A stretch of 64,000 nucleotides of DNA from Bacilli bacterium (GCA_024408505.1 JAKSUZ010000006.1:2073-66072), one strand, 5' to 3'. Numbered from the stretch's first letter, positions 1 to 10,428 are shown. Numbers and translations: made by a program. The notes: generated by a model from the letters alone, not told the origin.

Positions 1-3000
1 ATAAGCGATGCTTCCTCACGCTTCTTAATTAATAAAGAATTAACAGGCGAAATTACTAAAAAGATTGATTTGGGCTTTATGAAAAAAGCTTATGCAAACT
101 TAAAACGTGATTATCAAGATTTATTAAAATTAGCAAAAGAATTCTACGAAAGAGACTTTGTTGATAGCGGGAATATTATTGAATTAATTGATGACATAAA
201 TAATGATTATGGTGGTCTTGCAAGCGTTTATCTTGGTGATATTAAGGAAAAACTGATCGCATTAGCGAATCGTCTTTCAATTACACCAAATAATATATTA
301 ACAAGCGCTTTTGCTTATACTCTATCTCGATTTATCAATAATGATAAAGTCTATTTCACTTTTACAAATCATGGTCGTGATTTAGATGGTTTAGATGCCG
401 CGCTTGGTATGTATGTCAAAACTATTCCAATTGTTTTGAATACAAATAATAAATCAGTGGATGATTATCTAAAAGGATCTTCAAAGCACATTTTAGATGC
501 AATGAAGCATAGCGTTTTCCCATTCCGCTTAGTTGCAAGTGAATATCACCTTAAGAAAAATGTTTCGTTTGAATATAATACGAATCTAAATGATGTGACT
601 GGTGTCAGTGAATCGATTTATTATAAACCAGATAAAGAAAAGCACATTTCTCATGTATCGCATTTATTAGGCGTTATCAATGATTATCAAAATGGTTATG
701 TATTAAGCATCGAGCATTCTAGTAGATACACAAAAAATACCATAATTCGTTTCCTAAAAACATATCAAAAAATTATTATTGGCTTATTAAATAATAAAGA
801 ATTAAAGGACATCAACTACACTCTTGATGAAGATCTTAGTGTCTTTAATAAAATTAATGCGACTTCAACTAAACTTGTTTATCACGATATTTTAGAAGCC
901 TTTAATAATTCGCTTAAGAAATACCCAAATAACACATTAGTAACTTATCTTGATAATAAATATACCTATAAAGAAGGCGCGAAATGGATTAATAATCTTA
1001 CTAATAAACTAAATAACATTCCTCAAGGTAGTAATATAGCTATCTTAACTCATCGTTCTCACTATTATTTATTAACAGCCCTTGCGGTTCTTAATCATGG
1101 TTCTACTTATGTTCCAATTGATGATACTTATCCTGATGAACGAATTAAGTTTATGCTTAAAGATAGTGGGGCGAAATGTGTCTTAGTTACTAGCGAAATG
1201 GTTTCTCGCATTAAGACATTGACTGATATCCCGTTTGTTAATGTGAGTGATATTAGGGCAATTGGAGAACTTAAGCCTCTTAAGATAAACACTAACGAAG
1301 ATAGCGTGGCCATAATTTTATATACCTCTGGCACAACGGGAACACCTAAGGGTTCTTTAATTACTCGTAGAGCCATTCTTAATCTCGCTGAATGGTATGT
1401 TCATGATACGAAATTAACAAATCATGATATTTATTCAATGTATGTATCATATGTTTTTGATATGCATACTTTAGGATTCTATACGCCTTTAATTGTCGGC
1501 GCATCGTTAGATATTGTACCGTTCAATGTTCGCTTAAATCTTAATGATCTTAATAAACATTTTAATAAAGTTGGTGGCACTCATACATATATGACCGCTC
1601 AAGTAGGTAAATTATATGCGGAAGGCGGATATAAAACACCAATTAAACTTCTTTGTTTTGGCGGTATGAAGCTTGGCGAACTTCACGCGCCTAATTCAAT
1701 TGGAGCGTTTGAATCATATGGTCCAACTGAAAACTTAGCGATTACGACTTCAATCTTTGCAAATAAACGAATTCATCATTCATCTATTGGTAACTTCATT
1801 CATAACGTTAAAGGATATATCTTAGATCATGAACACCGTTTAGTGCCTTATGGCGCGATGGGTGAACTCTACCTATCCGGTTATCAACTCGCGAAAGGAT
1901 ATCTTAATCGAAAGAAAGAAAACGAAGCGGCTTTCTTTAAAAATCCATTTACTAACGAAAAAGGATACGAAGTCTTATATAAGACAGGTGATATTGTTAG
2001 ACTCTTACCTGATCATACCTTAGGGATTATTGGTCGCGTTGACTCTCAAGTCAAGATTCGGGGTAACCGCGTAGAATTAGGTGAAGTAGAAACATGTATT
2101 AAACAAGTTGATGGTGTTATCGATGTGACGGTTCAAACTATTCAAGTTAATGGTAATAATGAACTTGTTGCCTATGTTGCGACTAAAGACAAAGCCATTA
2201 AAGATAAAGTTATTAAATATGTCGCGAGCCATAAGCCCGCTTATATGGTTCCTAGCCACGTGATGGTTTTAGATAAGATTCCGCTTAACGTTAATGGCAA
2301 AGTTGATAAACGTGCGTTACCGAAAGTAGATGTCAGTAGTAAGAAAGTTAGCTATGTTGCTCCAACTAATGATGTTGAAAAGACTATTTGTGATGCCTTC
2401 GCGAAAGTCTTTAATTTAAAACAAGTTGGTGTGAATGATGATTTCCTTAGTCTAGGTGGTGATTCACTTACCGCAATTCGTCTATTAGCGTTCTTAAAAG
2501 ATTATCAATTAACCGCTGCGGATATTACTAACTTAAAAACTCCAAGACTCATTAGTGAGAAGATTTCGGGTAGTAAGTCATTAAGTCTTGATTTAAATAA
2601 ATATAGTCTCGTAACTGGTGCGCCTTTAAGTGAACAACAACTTAATATTTATCTTGATATTGTAATGAATAAGAAGGTAGATGCCTATCTTATTCCGCTG
2701 GTAACAAATTTAGAAAAATATTCATCTAATGATGTTATTAAAGCTTTAGATAAAATGTTTGAAATTCACCCTATTCTGAAAGGATATGTTGATAATAAAA
2801 ATGACACTCCTTTTATTAAAATAGGTAAAAAACCAAACACGAAAGTTGTCGACAATAACACAAAAATCGATTTAACTAAATTCTTATCGACACCATTTGA
2901 CATTTATCACGAATTATCTCGTTTCTTATATTGCAAAGAGAACAAAACTTTATATGCCGTGTTCCATCATATGATTTTTGATGGTCTATCAACCTTAGTG

Positions 3001-6000
3001 TTCTCTAATCACCTCTTAGCGATCCTTAATAAAAAGGAAGTTGAACCTGATCTTGCTTTCTTAAAAGCCAGTGCCTTTAGTCAAGAAATTAAGAAAACAA
3101 ATTTATACCAAGAAGCCGAAATATTCTATGAAAAAGAATTCGTTGATAGTGAAAAGATTGTGGAGCCTCTCCCGGATATTGGTGAACATCAACCAAGTTA
3201 TACTTCTTTAAAATTAAAAGTTGATCAAAAGCGCATTGATAGTTTTATTAAACGACACGAAATTACCAAGAACGTGCTCTTTACTAGTGTCTTTGCCTAT
3301 ACGCTTTCACGCTTTACTAATACCAATGATGCTTATTTCACAATGATTGAAAACGGGCGAAGTCGTCTTGATGCGCGTGAGGCGATTGGAATGTTTGTCA
3401 ATACCTTACCTTTACTTATTGATTGCTCGAATGATTCAATTGCTAACTTTATTAAGAAGAGTAAAGAAAAGATTTATCAAACCATTAACTATAATTTCTA
3501 TCCGTTTAGATTATTAAATAATAAATATCGAATAAGCGCGAACGTTCTCTTTCAATATCAGCCCGGTGTTAAGCAAACCAAATCGATGAACGATAAGGGA
3601 TTTATTGGTAAAGATGATTTAGCCAATCGTAATGATTTTAACGCTGAACTTTCGTTCGTTCTATCTAGTTCTGATACTGATAATTATCTTGATGTGATTG
3701 CGGGCAAAAAATACGCATCTTCAACTATCAAAAAAATTCTCTTAACCTATGAGCGGATTCTTTGCGAATTTTTGATTAAGGATAATTTAAAAGATATTAA
3801 TTATACACTTGCTGAAGATATTAAAGTTATTGATGGAATCAATTCAACAAGAACCAAGCTTAAATATCACGATATTTTAGAAGCTTTTAACAATTCTTTG
3901 AAAAAGCATCCTAACCATATATTAGTAAGTTATTTTAATGAAAAATATACTTATGCTGAGGGCGCAAAATGGATTAATAAATTAGATGATATCTTTATTA
4001 GCAAAAAGATAAAACGCTACTCCCATATTGCTGTCTTCCCGCATCGTAGCCACTATTATCAATTAGGAGCATTAGCGGTGGAAAATTATAATTCTGCTTA
4101 TGTACCAATTGATGAAGCGTACCCAAACGACCGTATTAAATTTATGATTACGGATACAGCAGCCAGCGCCATCTTGGTTACTAATCAAACATTAGACCGT
4201 GCGAAAGAAATAATTAAAGATTTTAAAGTTAAACCATTAATTATCAATATGAGCGAAGTAATAATCACTAACCAAGATAAAGTTAAACCATTAACTGCAA
4301 AAATTGATCATCAGGATGTTGCTTGTATTCTTTATACTTCTGGTACAACTGGGATTCCAAAAGGAGCGTTAATTCTTCATAAAGGAATTATCAATACCGC
4401 ACAACGCTATGCTACCCAAGTTGCTAATTTATGTGATACGGATAAAGTCACTCTTTATGCCTCAGTTGGTTTTGATGTTCATATGGAAGCTCTCCATTCA
4501 CCAATTTTTGCCGGCGCTACCTTAGACATCACACCTACTAATGTGCGTTTAGATCCAATTGCGTTACTTAAACATTTTGAAACTCACCATGTTACACATG
4601 TCCACTTACCGACCTCTTTAACTAAAATTTTAATTAATCACGAAATTCCATCTTGTATGAAACAAATGGTTACTGGTGGTGCACCGTTAGGAAAAGTAAA
4701 TACCAATCTTCCTTGCGATTTTAAAGATGTGTATGGACCAACAGAAGCAACAATTAACGTTGCCGCTATTCGCGTGAAGGATAAAATTGATCCGACTAGT
4801 GTAGGTAAACCATTAATGAATTCTCGTTGTTATATCCTTGATAAGGAACATCGCTTAACCCCGTTTGGTGGTGTGGGTGATTTATATCTATGTGGTTACC
4901 AAGTATGCAAAGGTTACCTTAATCGCGATAAGGAAAATAAAGAAGCGTTCTTTAAGAACCCTTTCACTAATGAAGAGGGCTACGAAAGAATATATCGTTC
5001 AGGTGACGTTGCGCGTTATTTACCTGATGGAACGATTGCCTACCTTGGTCGGAAAGACTCACAAGTAAAGATTCGTGGTAATCGCGTTGAATTAGGCGAA
5101 ATTGAAGTTACAATTAGAAAAATTAAAGAGGTAAAAGATGTTACTGTTCAAGTCATTGTTAATGATGGTAACAAAGAACTTGTCGCGTATGTCGTTTCTT
5201 CAAATAAAGATATTAAAAATATCATTATTAATTACGTTAGAAATAACCAACCTGAATATATGGTTCCTAGCCACGTGATGGTTTTAGATAAGATTCCGCT
5301 TAACGTTAATGGCAAAGTTGATAAACGTGCGTTACCGAAAGTAGATGTCAGTAGTAAGAAAGTTAGCTATGTTGCTCCAACTAATGATGTTGAAAAGACT
5401 ATTTGTGATGCCTTCGCGAAAGTCTTTAATTTAAAACAAGTTGGTGTGAATGATGATTTCCTTAGTCTAGGTGGTGATTCACTTACCGCAATTCGTCTAT
5501 TAGCGTTCTTAAAAGATTATCAATTAACCGCTGCGGATATTACTAACTTAAAAACTCCAAGACTCATTAGTGAGAAGATTTCGGGTAGTAAGTCATTAAG
5601 TCTTGATTTAAATAAATATAGTCTTGTAACTGGTGCGCCTTTAAGCGAACAGCAACTTAATATTTATCTTGATATTGTAATGAATAAGAAGGTTGAATCC
5701 TATCTTAACCCACTTGTTTTTAAATATGATAAATATACATCGAATGATATCAAGAATGCTCTAACTAAATTGTTTAAGTGTCATCCGATTTTAACTGGTT
5801 ACATTGAAAATGATTCTGATAATAATCCTTATTTAAAAATCGGCCATACACCTATGATTGAGGTTCTAAAGGATTTAAGGAAAAATGATATTAATAGTTA
5901 TATCGCTGAGCCTTTTAACATTCATAAATCATTATCACGTTTCCTTATTGATGAGAATAGCAAAACTTTATATGCGGTGTTCCATCATATAATTTTTGAT

Positions 6001-9000
6001 GCTTTATCTCGTGCTGTTTTTAGAAATCACCTCTTAGCGATCCTTAATAAAAAGGAAGTTGAACCTGATCTTGCTTTCTTAAAAGCCAGTGCCTTTAGTC
6101 AAGAAATTAAGAAAACAAATTTATACCAAGAAGCCGAAATATTCTATGAAAAAGAATTCGTTGATAGTGAAAAGATTGTGGAGCCTCTCCCGGATATTGG
6201 TGAACATCAACCAAGTTATACTTCTTTAAAATTAAAAGTTGATCAAAAGCGCATTGATAGTTTTATTAAACGACACGAAATTACCAAGAACGTGCTCTTT
6301 ACTAGTGTCTTTGCCTATACGCTTTCACGCTTTACTAATACCAATGATGCTTATTTCACAATGATTGAAAACGGGCGAAGTCGTCTTGATGCGCGTGAGG
6401 CGATTGGAATGTTTGTCAATACCTTACCTTTACTTATTGATTGCTCGAATGATTCAATTGCTAACTTTATTAAGAAGAGTAAAGAAAAGATTTATCAAAC
6501 CATTAACTATAATTTCTATCCGTTTAGATTACTTAAGAATAAATATAATTTATCCGCGAATATTGATTTCCAATATCAACCAAATAACTTTAGTAGTCAT
6601 CTGGATACGAACGCGCATAATTTACTTTATCGTGATAACTTAAAGAAACGAACCGATTTAATTAGTGATTTAGCGATTGTTGCTACCGATAACGAAATTA
6701 ATATTGTTAGTAGCAAAAAATATGCCCAATCGACCATTAAAAAGATGTTATCTACCTATGAGCAGATTCTTAACGAGATTTTAGTGAAGAATTCTTTAGC
6801 GGATATCAATTATACTCTTAATGAAGATCTTAGTGTCTTTAATAAAATTAATGCGACCTCAACTAAACTCGTTTATCACGATATCTTAGAAGCCTTTAAT
6901 CATTCACTTAAGAAATATCCGAATAATACTTTAGTGAGTTACCTCGATACTAAATATACATATTCTGAAGGCGCGAAATGGATTAATAATCTTACTAATA
7001 AACTAAATAACGTTCCTAAGAAGAGCAATATCGCAATCCTTACTCATAGATCCCACTTCTATCTATTAACGGCCTTAAGCGTTTTAAATCATGGTTCCGC
7101 CTATGTTCCAATTGATGATACTTATCCGGATGAAAGAATTAAGTTCATGCTTAAAGATAGTAATGCGAAAGTAGTGTTAGTCACAGATGAAACCATTAAC
7201 CGTGTTAAGAAACTTACTAATATTCCTGTTATTAATGTAAGTGATATTAAATCATCAGGAACACTGAAACCGTTAAAGACTAACAATAAAGATGATTTAG
7301 CCGCGGTCATTTTATATACCTCAGGGACAACCGGAACACCAAAAGGTACGATTTTGCCTCGGAAAGCGATTTTGAATTTAGCGGAATGGTGCGCGCACTT
7401 CACCTCTTTAACTAAAACTGATGTATTCGCGTTATATGTTTCAATTGGTTTTGACGTCCATATTGGTTCGCTTTATTCCCCTTTATTAACCGGGGCAAGT
7501 TTAAACGTTATTCCTACGGATATCCGTCTTGATCCAAACCAGCTTATTAATTATTTTAACCAATATCATATTAGCCATGTCTTCTCGGTTACCGCTTTAA
7601 CCAGAATCCTTCTTGATAATCAACTACCAAAAGAATTGCGGGTCATGTTTACTGGTGGTGAAGCCTTAGGCGAAGTTAATCAACATCTTACTTGTTCTTT
7701 ATATGATGCTTATGGACCAACTGAGTCGACGGTCTTATCAACAGTAATTGATGTAAAAAAGAAAATATCAGCTTCTAGTGTCGGTCATCTTTTAGCAAAT
7801 ATTAAAGGTTACGTCTTAGATCATGAGCGGCGTCTCGTCCCTTATGGCGCGATGGGTGAACTCTACCTATCCGGTTATCAACTCGCGAAAGGATATTTAA
7901 ATCGAGATAAAGAAAATAAAGAAGCTTTCTATCTTAATCCATTCTCGAAAGAAAAAGGTTATGAAAGAATGTATAAGACGGGAGATATCGTTAGATACTT
8001 ACCTGATGGGACCTTTGGCTTTATTGGTCGAGTGGACTCTCAAGTTAAAATCCGTGGTAACCGTGTTGAACTAGGTGAAGTAGAAGCAACCATTCGCGAA
8101 GTTAAAGAAGTTAAAGATGTCACAGTTCAAACTATGATTAATAATAACAATAAAGAACTTGTCGCCTATCTTGTCTCTAGTGATAAAGCCATTAAAGATA
8201 AAGTTATTAAATATGTCGCGAGCCATAAGCCCGCTTATATGGTTCCTAGCCACGTGATGGTTTTAGATAAGATACCGCTTAATGTTAATGGCAAAGTTGA
8301 TAAACGCGCGTTACCGAAAGTAGATGTCAGCGCGAATATTCATTCTTGTCAACCACCTCGTAATAAATTAGAACAAAGAATGGTTGATTGTGCGAAAAAT
8401 TTATTTAAACTTGCCTCACAAAAAATAGGAATCGACACAAACATGAATAATCTAGGCTTAGATTCATTAATAGCATTACGCTTGTCACTTCTTTATAAGG
8501 CACGCGCTAATATTAGTATTGGCGCTATCGATATTATCAATAATCCAACTATTGAAAAGCAGATTGCGTTTGTTAAAAAGTTCACATATCAACCGATTCA
8601 TACCTTCAATTTAAGCAAGGGCAAAAAACATTTATTCTTTGTCCACCCTGGACAAGGTGGTAGTGAATCATATCAAGAATTAGCAAAATTACTAGGAAAG
8701 AATGTTTCCTTCTCGGTTTTTGAGCATTACAATTTATTCCACCTTAATCAAAGAATCAAAGGAATTAAAAACATTGCGAAATATTATGTTAAATTATTGA
8801 AAGCGCAGCAACCGCATGGGCCATATTATTTAGGCGGTTATTCTTATGGTGGCAATATTGCATATGAAATGGCGGTTATTTTAGCTAAAGATCATGAAGA
8901 AGTTAGGAACCTTTTCTTGCTCGATTCAGCTACAAGAAGCGTACCGCTATCAAAGGAAGAGATGATTAAATTAGTCGATGCGGAAACAAAAAATATCACT

Positions 9001-9318
9001 ATCAAACAAAAGAATTTAACTAATGAAATGGCAACTGCTTATAAGACAATTTCGTTATTTGTATCCGAAGATTTAAATGGCTATTCACCATCTCGATATG
9101 ATGGAGAAGTAACATTCTTTAAGGCTAACAAAAAGAATAAAAAGATTGCGGGGTTACCAAAGTCAACATACCAAAAAATTTCTTCATCTAGAAACTTATA
9201 CTTAAAGAAAAAAGCAAATTTTATAATATGCGATATTGATGCTTCGCATGATGAATTGTTAGACGAAAAACCGAGAAACAAAATTGCAAAAATTATTGTA
9301 AAGCAACTTCTTAATTAA
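1..9318 (+). CDS. Non-ribosomal peptide synthetase, 5'-partial: (C)-A-T-C-A-T-C-A-T-TE
   Basis: Frame is open from base 1, so the true start lies upstream. Three A domains (YTSGTTGxPKG, YGPTE, Y[K/R][T/S]GD, QVKIRGNRVELGE, NGKVDK), three carrier motifs (LGGDSL, LGGDSL, LGLDSL), C-domain motifs HHMIFDG (2965-2985) and HHIIFDA (5983-6003), thioesterase GYSYG (8836-8850). Confidence 0.97.
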   Translation: MSDASSRFLINKELTGEITKKIDLGFMKKAYANLKRDYQDLLKLAKEFYERDFVDSGNIIELIDDINNDYGGLASVYLGDIKEKLIALANRLSITPNNILTSAFAYTLSRFINNDKVYFTFTNHGRDLDGLDAALGMYVKTIPIVLNTNNKSVDDYLKGSSKHILDAMKHSVFPFRLVASEYHLKKNVSFEYNTNLNDVTGVSESIYYKPDKEKHISHVSHLLGVINDYQNGYVLSIEHSSRYTKNTIIRFLKTYQKIIIGLLNNKELKDINYTLDEDLSVFNKINATSTKLVYHDILEAFNNSLKKYPNNTLVTYLDNKYTYKEGAKWINNLTNKLNNIPQGSNIAILTHRSHYYLLTALAVLNHGSTYVPIDDTYPDERIKFMLKDSGAKCVLVTSEMVSRIKTLTDIPFVNVSDIRAIGELKPLKINTNEDSVAIILYTSGTTGTPKGSLITRRAILNLAEWYVHDTKLTNHDIYSMYVSYVFDMHTLGFYTPLIVGASLDIVPFNVRLNLNDLNKHFNKVGGTHTYMTAQVGKLYAEGGYKTPIKLLCFGGMKLGELHAPNSIGAFESYGPTENLAITTSIFANKRIHHSSIGNFIHNVKGYILDHEHRLVPYGAMGELYLSGYQLAKGYLNRKKENEAAFFKNPFTNEKGYEVLYKTGDIVRLLPDHTLGIIGRVDSQVKIRGNRVELGEVETCIKQVDGVIDVTVQTIQVNGNNELVAYVATKDKAIKDKVIKYVASHKPAYMVPSHVMVLDKIPLNVNGKVDKRALPKVDVSSKKVSYVAPTNDVEKTICDAFAKVFNLKQVGVNDDFLSLGGDSLTAIRLLAFLKDYQLTAADITNLKTPRLISEKISGSKSLSLDLNKYSLVTGAPLSEQQLNIYLDIVMNKKVDAYLIPLVTNLEKYSSNDVIKALDKMFEIHPILKGYVDNKNDTPFIKIGKKPNTKVVDNNTKIDLTKFLSTPFDIYHELSRFLYCKENKTLYAVFHHMIFDGLSTLVFSNHLLAILNKKEVEPDLAFLKASAFSQEIKKTNLYQEAEIFYEKEFVDSEKIVEPLPDIGEHQPSYTSLKLKVDQKRIDSFIKRHEITKNVLFTSVFAYTLSRFTNTNDAYFTMIENGRSRLDAREAIGMFVNTLPLLIDCSNDSIANFIKKSKEKIYQTINYNFYPFRLLNNKYRISANVLFQYQPGVKQTKSMNDKGFIGKDDLANRNDFNAELSFVLSSSDTDNYLDVIAGKKYASSTIKKILLTYERILCEFLIKDNLKDINYTLAEDIKVIDGINSTRTKLKYHDILEAFNNSLKKHPNHILVSYFNEKYTYAEGAKWINKLDDIFISKKIKRYSHIAVFPHRSHYYQLGALAVENYNSAYVPIDEAYPNDRIKFMITDTAASAILVTNQTLDRAKEIIKDFKVKPLIINMSEVIITNQDKVKPLTAKIDHQDVACILYTSGTTGIPKGALILHKGIINTAQRYATQVANLCDTDKVTLYASVGFDVHMEALHSPIFAGATLDITPTNVRLDPIALLKHFETHHVTHVHLPTSLTKILINHEIPSCMKQMVTGGAPLGKVNTNLPCDFKDVYGPTEATINVAAIRVKDKIDPTSVGKPLMNSRCYILDKEHRLTPFGGVGDLYLCGYQVCKGYLNRDKENKEAFFKNPFTNEEGYERIYRSGDVARYLPDGTIAYLGRKDSQVKIRGNRVELGEIEVTIRKIKEVKDVTVQVIVNDGNKELVAYVVSSNKDIKNIIINYVRNNQPEYMVPSHVMVLDKIPLNVNGKVDKRALPKVDVSSKKVSYVAPTNDVEKTICDAFAKVFNLKQVGVNDDFLSLGGDSLTAIRLLAFLKDYQLTAADITNLKTPRLISEKISGSKSLSLDLNKYSLVTGAPLSEQQLNIYLDIVMNKKVESYLNPLVFKYDKYTSNDIKNALTKLFKCHPILTGYIENDSDNNPYLKIGHTPMIEVLKDLRKNDINSYIAEPFNIHKSLSRFLIDENSKTLYAVFHHIIFDALSRAVFRNHLLAILNKKEVEPDLAFLKASAFSQEIKKTNLYQEAEIFYEKEFVDSEKIVEPLPDIGEHQPSYTSLKLKVDQKRIDSFIKRHEITKNVLFTSVFAYTLSRFTNTNDAYFTMIENGRSRLDAREAIGMFVNTLPLLIDCSNDSIANFIKKSKEKIYQTINYNFYPFRLLKNKYNLSANIDFQYQPNNFSSHLDTNAHNLLYRDNLKKRTDLISDLAIVATDNEINIVSSKKYAQSTIKKMLSTYEQILNEILVKNSLADINYTLNEDLSVFNKINATSTKLVYHDILEAFNHSLKKYPNNTLVSYLDTKYTYSEGAKWINNLTNKLNNVPKKSNIAILTHRSHFYLLTALSVLNHGSAYVPIDDTYPDERIKFMLKDSNAKVVLVTDETINRVKKLTNIPVINVSDIKSSGTLKPLKTNNKDDLAAVILYTSGTTGTPKGTILPRKAILNLAEWCAHFTSLTKTDVFALYVSIGFDVHIGSLYSPLLTGASLNVIPTDIRLDPNQLINYFNQYHISHVFSVTALTRILLDNQLPKELRVMFTGGEALGEVNQHLTCSLYDAYGPTESTVLSTVIDVKKKISASSVGHLLANIKGYVLDHERRLVPYGAMGELYLSGYQLAKGYLNRDKENKEAFYLNPFSKEKGYERMYKTGDIVRYLPDGTFGFIGRVDSQVKIRGNRVELGEVEATIREVKEVKDVTVQTMINNNNKELVAYLVSSDKAIKDKVIKYVASHKPAYMVPSHVMVLDKIPLNVNGKVDKRALPKVDVSANIHSCQPPRNKLEQRMVDCAKNLFKLASQKIGIDTNMNNLGLDSLIALRLSLLYKARANISIGAIDIINNPTIEKQIAFVKKFTYQPIHTFNLSKGKKHLFFVHPGQGGSESYQELAKLLGKNVSFSVFEHYNLFHLNQRIKGIKNIAKYYVKLLKAQQPHGPYYLGGYSYGGNIAYEMAVILAKDHEEVRNLFLLDSATRSVPLSKEEMIKLVDAETKNITIKQKNLTNEMATAYKTISLFVSEDLNGYSPSRYDGEVTFFKANKKNKKIAGLPKSTYQKISSSRNLYLKKKANFIICDIDASHDELLDEKPRNKIAKIIVKQLLN
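2242..2678 (+). repeat. NRPS internal repeat A, copy 1 (copy 2 at 5257-5693)
   Basis: 437 bp at offset 3015; by eye only 3 synonymous differences, all near the 3' end. Covers A-domain C-terminus, T domain and C-domain start. Confidence 0.9.
3007..3513 (+). repeat. NRPS internal repeat B, copy 1 (copy 2 at 6025-6531)
   Basis: 507 bp, apparently identical, offset 3018. Covers the C domain just after the HHxxxD motif. Confidence 0.9.
5257..5693 (+). repeat. NRPS internal repeat A, copy 2
   Basis: Near-identical to 2242-2678. Confidence 0.9.
6025..6531 (+). repeat. NRPS internal repeat B, copy 2
   Basis: Apparently identical to 3007-3513. Confidence 0.9.
8185..8330 (+). repeat. NRPS internal repeat C (matches 2191-2336)
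   Basis: 146 bp with about 3 mismatches, offset 5994; A-domain C-terminal subdomain shared by modules 1 and 3. Confidence 0.85.
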
Positions 9319-9389
9319 CCATAAAGCAAGTTTTAATATTATTTAATTATGCAATTTATTAAAAAAATAAAATAATATAATAGCAGCAT

Positions 9390-10306
9390 GGTTAATTTTA
9401 AATATTTATGTCTATTCTCAATAGTGGTAATAGGTGTGGTAGAATTCTCGTCTTCATACCAAGCAATAAAGTTTTACCCATCCTTACAGCATCTTTTAAT
9501 GTTATCACGTCTTCAATCGTGAAATTTTCTGGGTTATCCTTATCGTTAGTCCCACCATTAAGATACCAAGTAATACCATATGATATTGCGCTAAATCTCC
9601 CGTACAAAATAGTATTCTCGGCGCTTATACTAGTTTGTCATCAATTTTATTTCCGCCCTCTGCCTTATCTAACCAACCATCGAAATTGTATCCTTCACGA
9701 GTTGCTTTTTTTAAGACTAAGTGATTCACCTTTTCTAGCCATGTTTTATTTTCAGGTGGATTAATAGCATCTTCAGGCAAAATGTATTCAATTTTACATA
9801 AATCAGTTGAATCATAAGATTCAACATATGTATATAGACTTTTACTAACCCAACCTGTATATGTATATTTAATTTGCTTTTCGTAGTCGTATGAAACAGC
9901 TGAATGTGTTTGAGGAAAATAATTTTCTACATCCCCTCCTCTAGGAACTTCAACTGTTTCGGTTGGTTTGCCATCAGCATATTCAAAATAATAAGAGGTT
10001 GAAATTTTTACACTTTCTTGTTTTTCTTGATAATTGCAATTTTGCTTATATTCCCATGTATATGTGTATTCATAGTAGTAATCATCATGCTTAGGAGTAT
10101 TCTCAGGGTAATTTTTTTAACATCTTCGCCAGTAGGTACTTCTTTATTAACTGAATGACCATCAAAAAATGTAAAACTATAAGTAGTAGATGTAGGAGTA
10201 GAAGTCGGTTCTGCCCTGGATCATCTCCACCGCCTTTTGAACAAGACGCTAAAACAGATACCGAAAATAGAGCGATGAAACTTAAAAATATGGTCTTCGT
10301 TTTCAT
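9390..10306 (-). pseudogene. Frameshifted surface lipoprotein with InlB B-repeat (Flg_new)-like repeats
   Basis: Signal peptide with lipobox VLAS-C from ATG 10306. Switching frames joins AEPTSTPTSTTYSFTFFDG, YYFEYADGKPTETVEVPRGG..YTYTGW, SLKKATREGYNFDGWLDKAEGG and YGITWYLNGGTNDKDNPENFTIEDVITLKDAVR. About five frameshifts; 3' end approximate. Confidence 0.8.
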
Positions 10307-10428
10307 AAGTCTAATTTATCATAGAACCCCCCGTCAACTTTTGCACTTTGCAAAAATATTGTTTATTTGCCAAAAAGTTGTACCATAGTACTAACTCAAC
10401 CGAGTACAAAAAATCGGGTACACATCAT

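Noticed and set aside
2242-6531. Diversity-generating retroelement template/variable repeat pair
   Set aside because: Both copies are in-frame coding, the few differences are synonymous and not adenine-specific, and there is no reverse transcriptase in the window.
1128-8253. Paired small minus-strand ORFs (1128/7122 and 2077/8071)
   Set aside because: They recur only because the NRPS modules are duplicated.
9408-9764. 118-aa plus-strand ORF
   Set aside because: Antisense of the InlB-repeat pseudogene; no SD or recognisable motifs.
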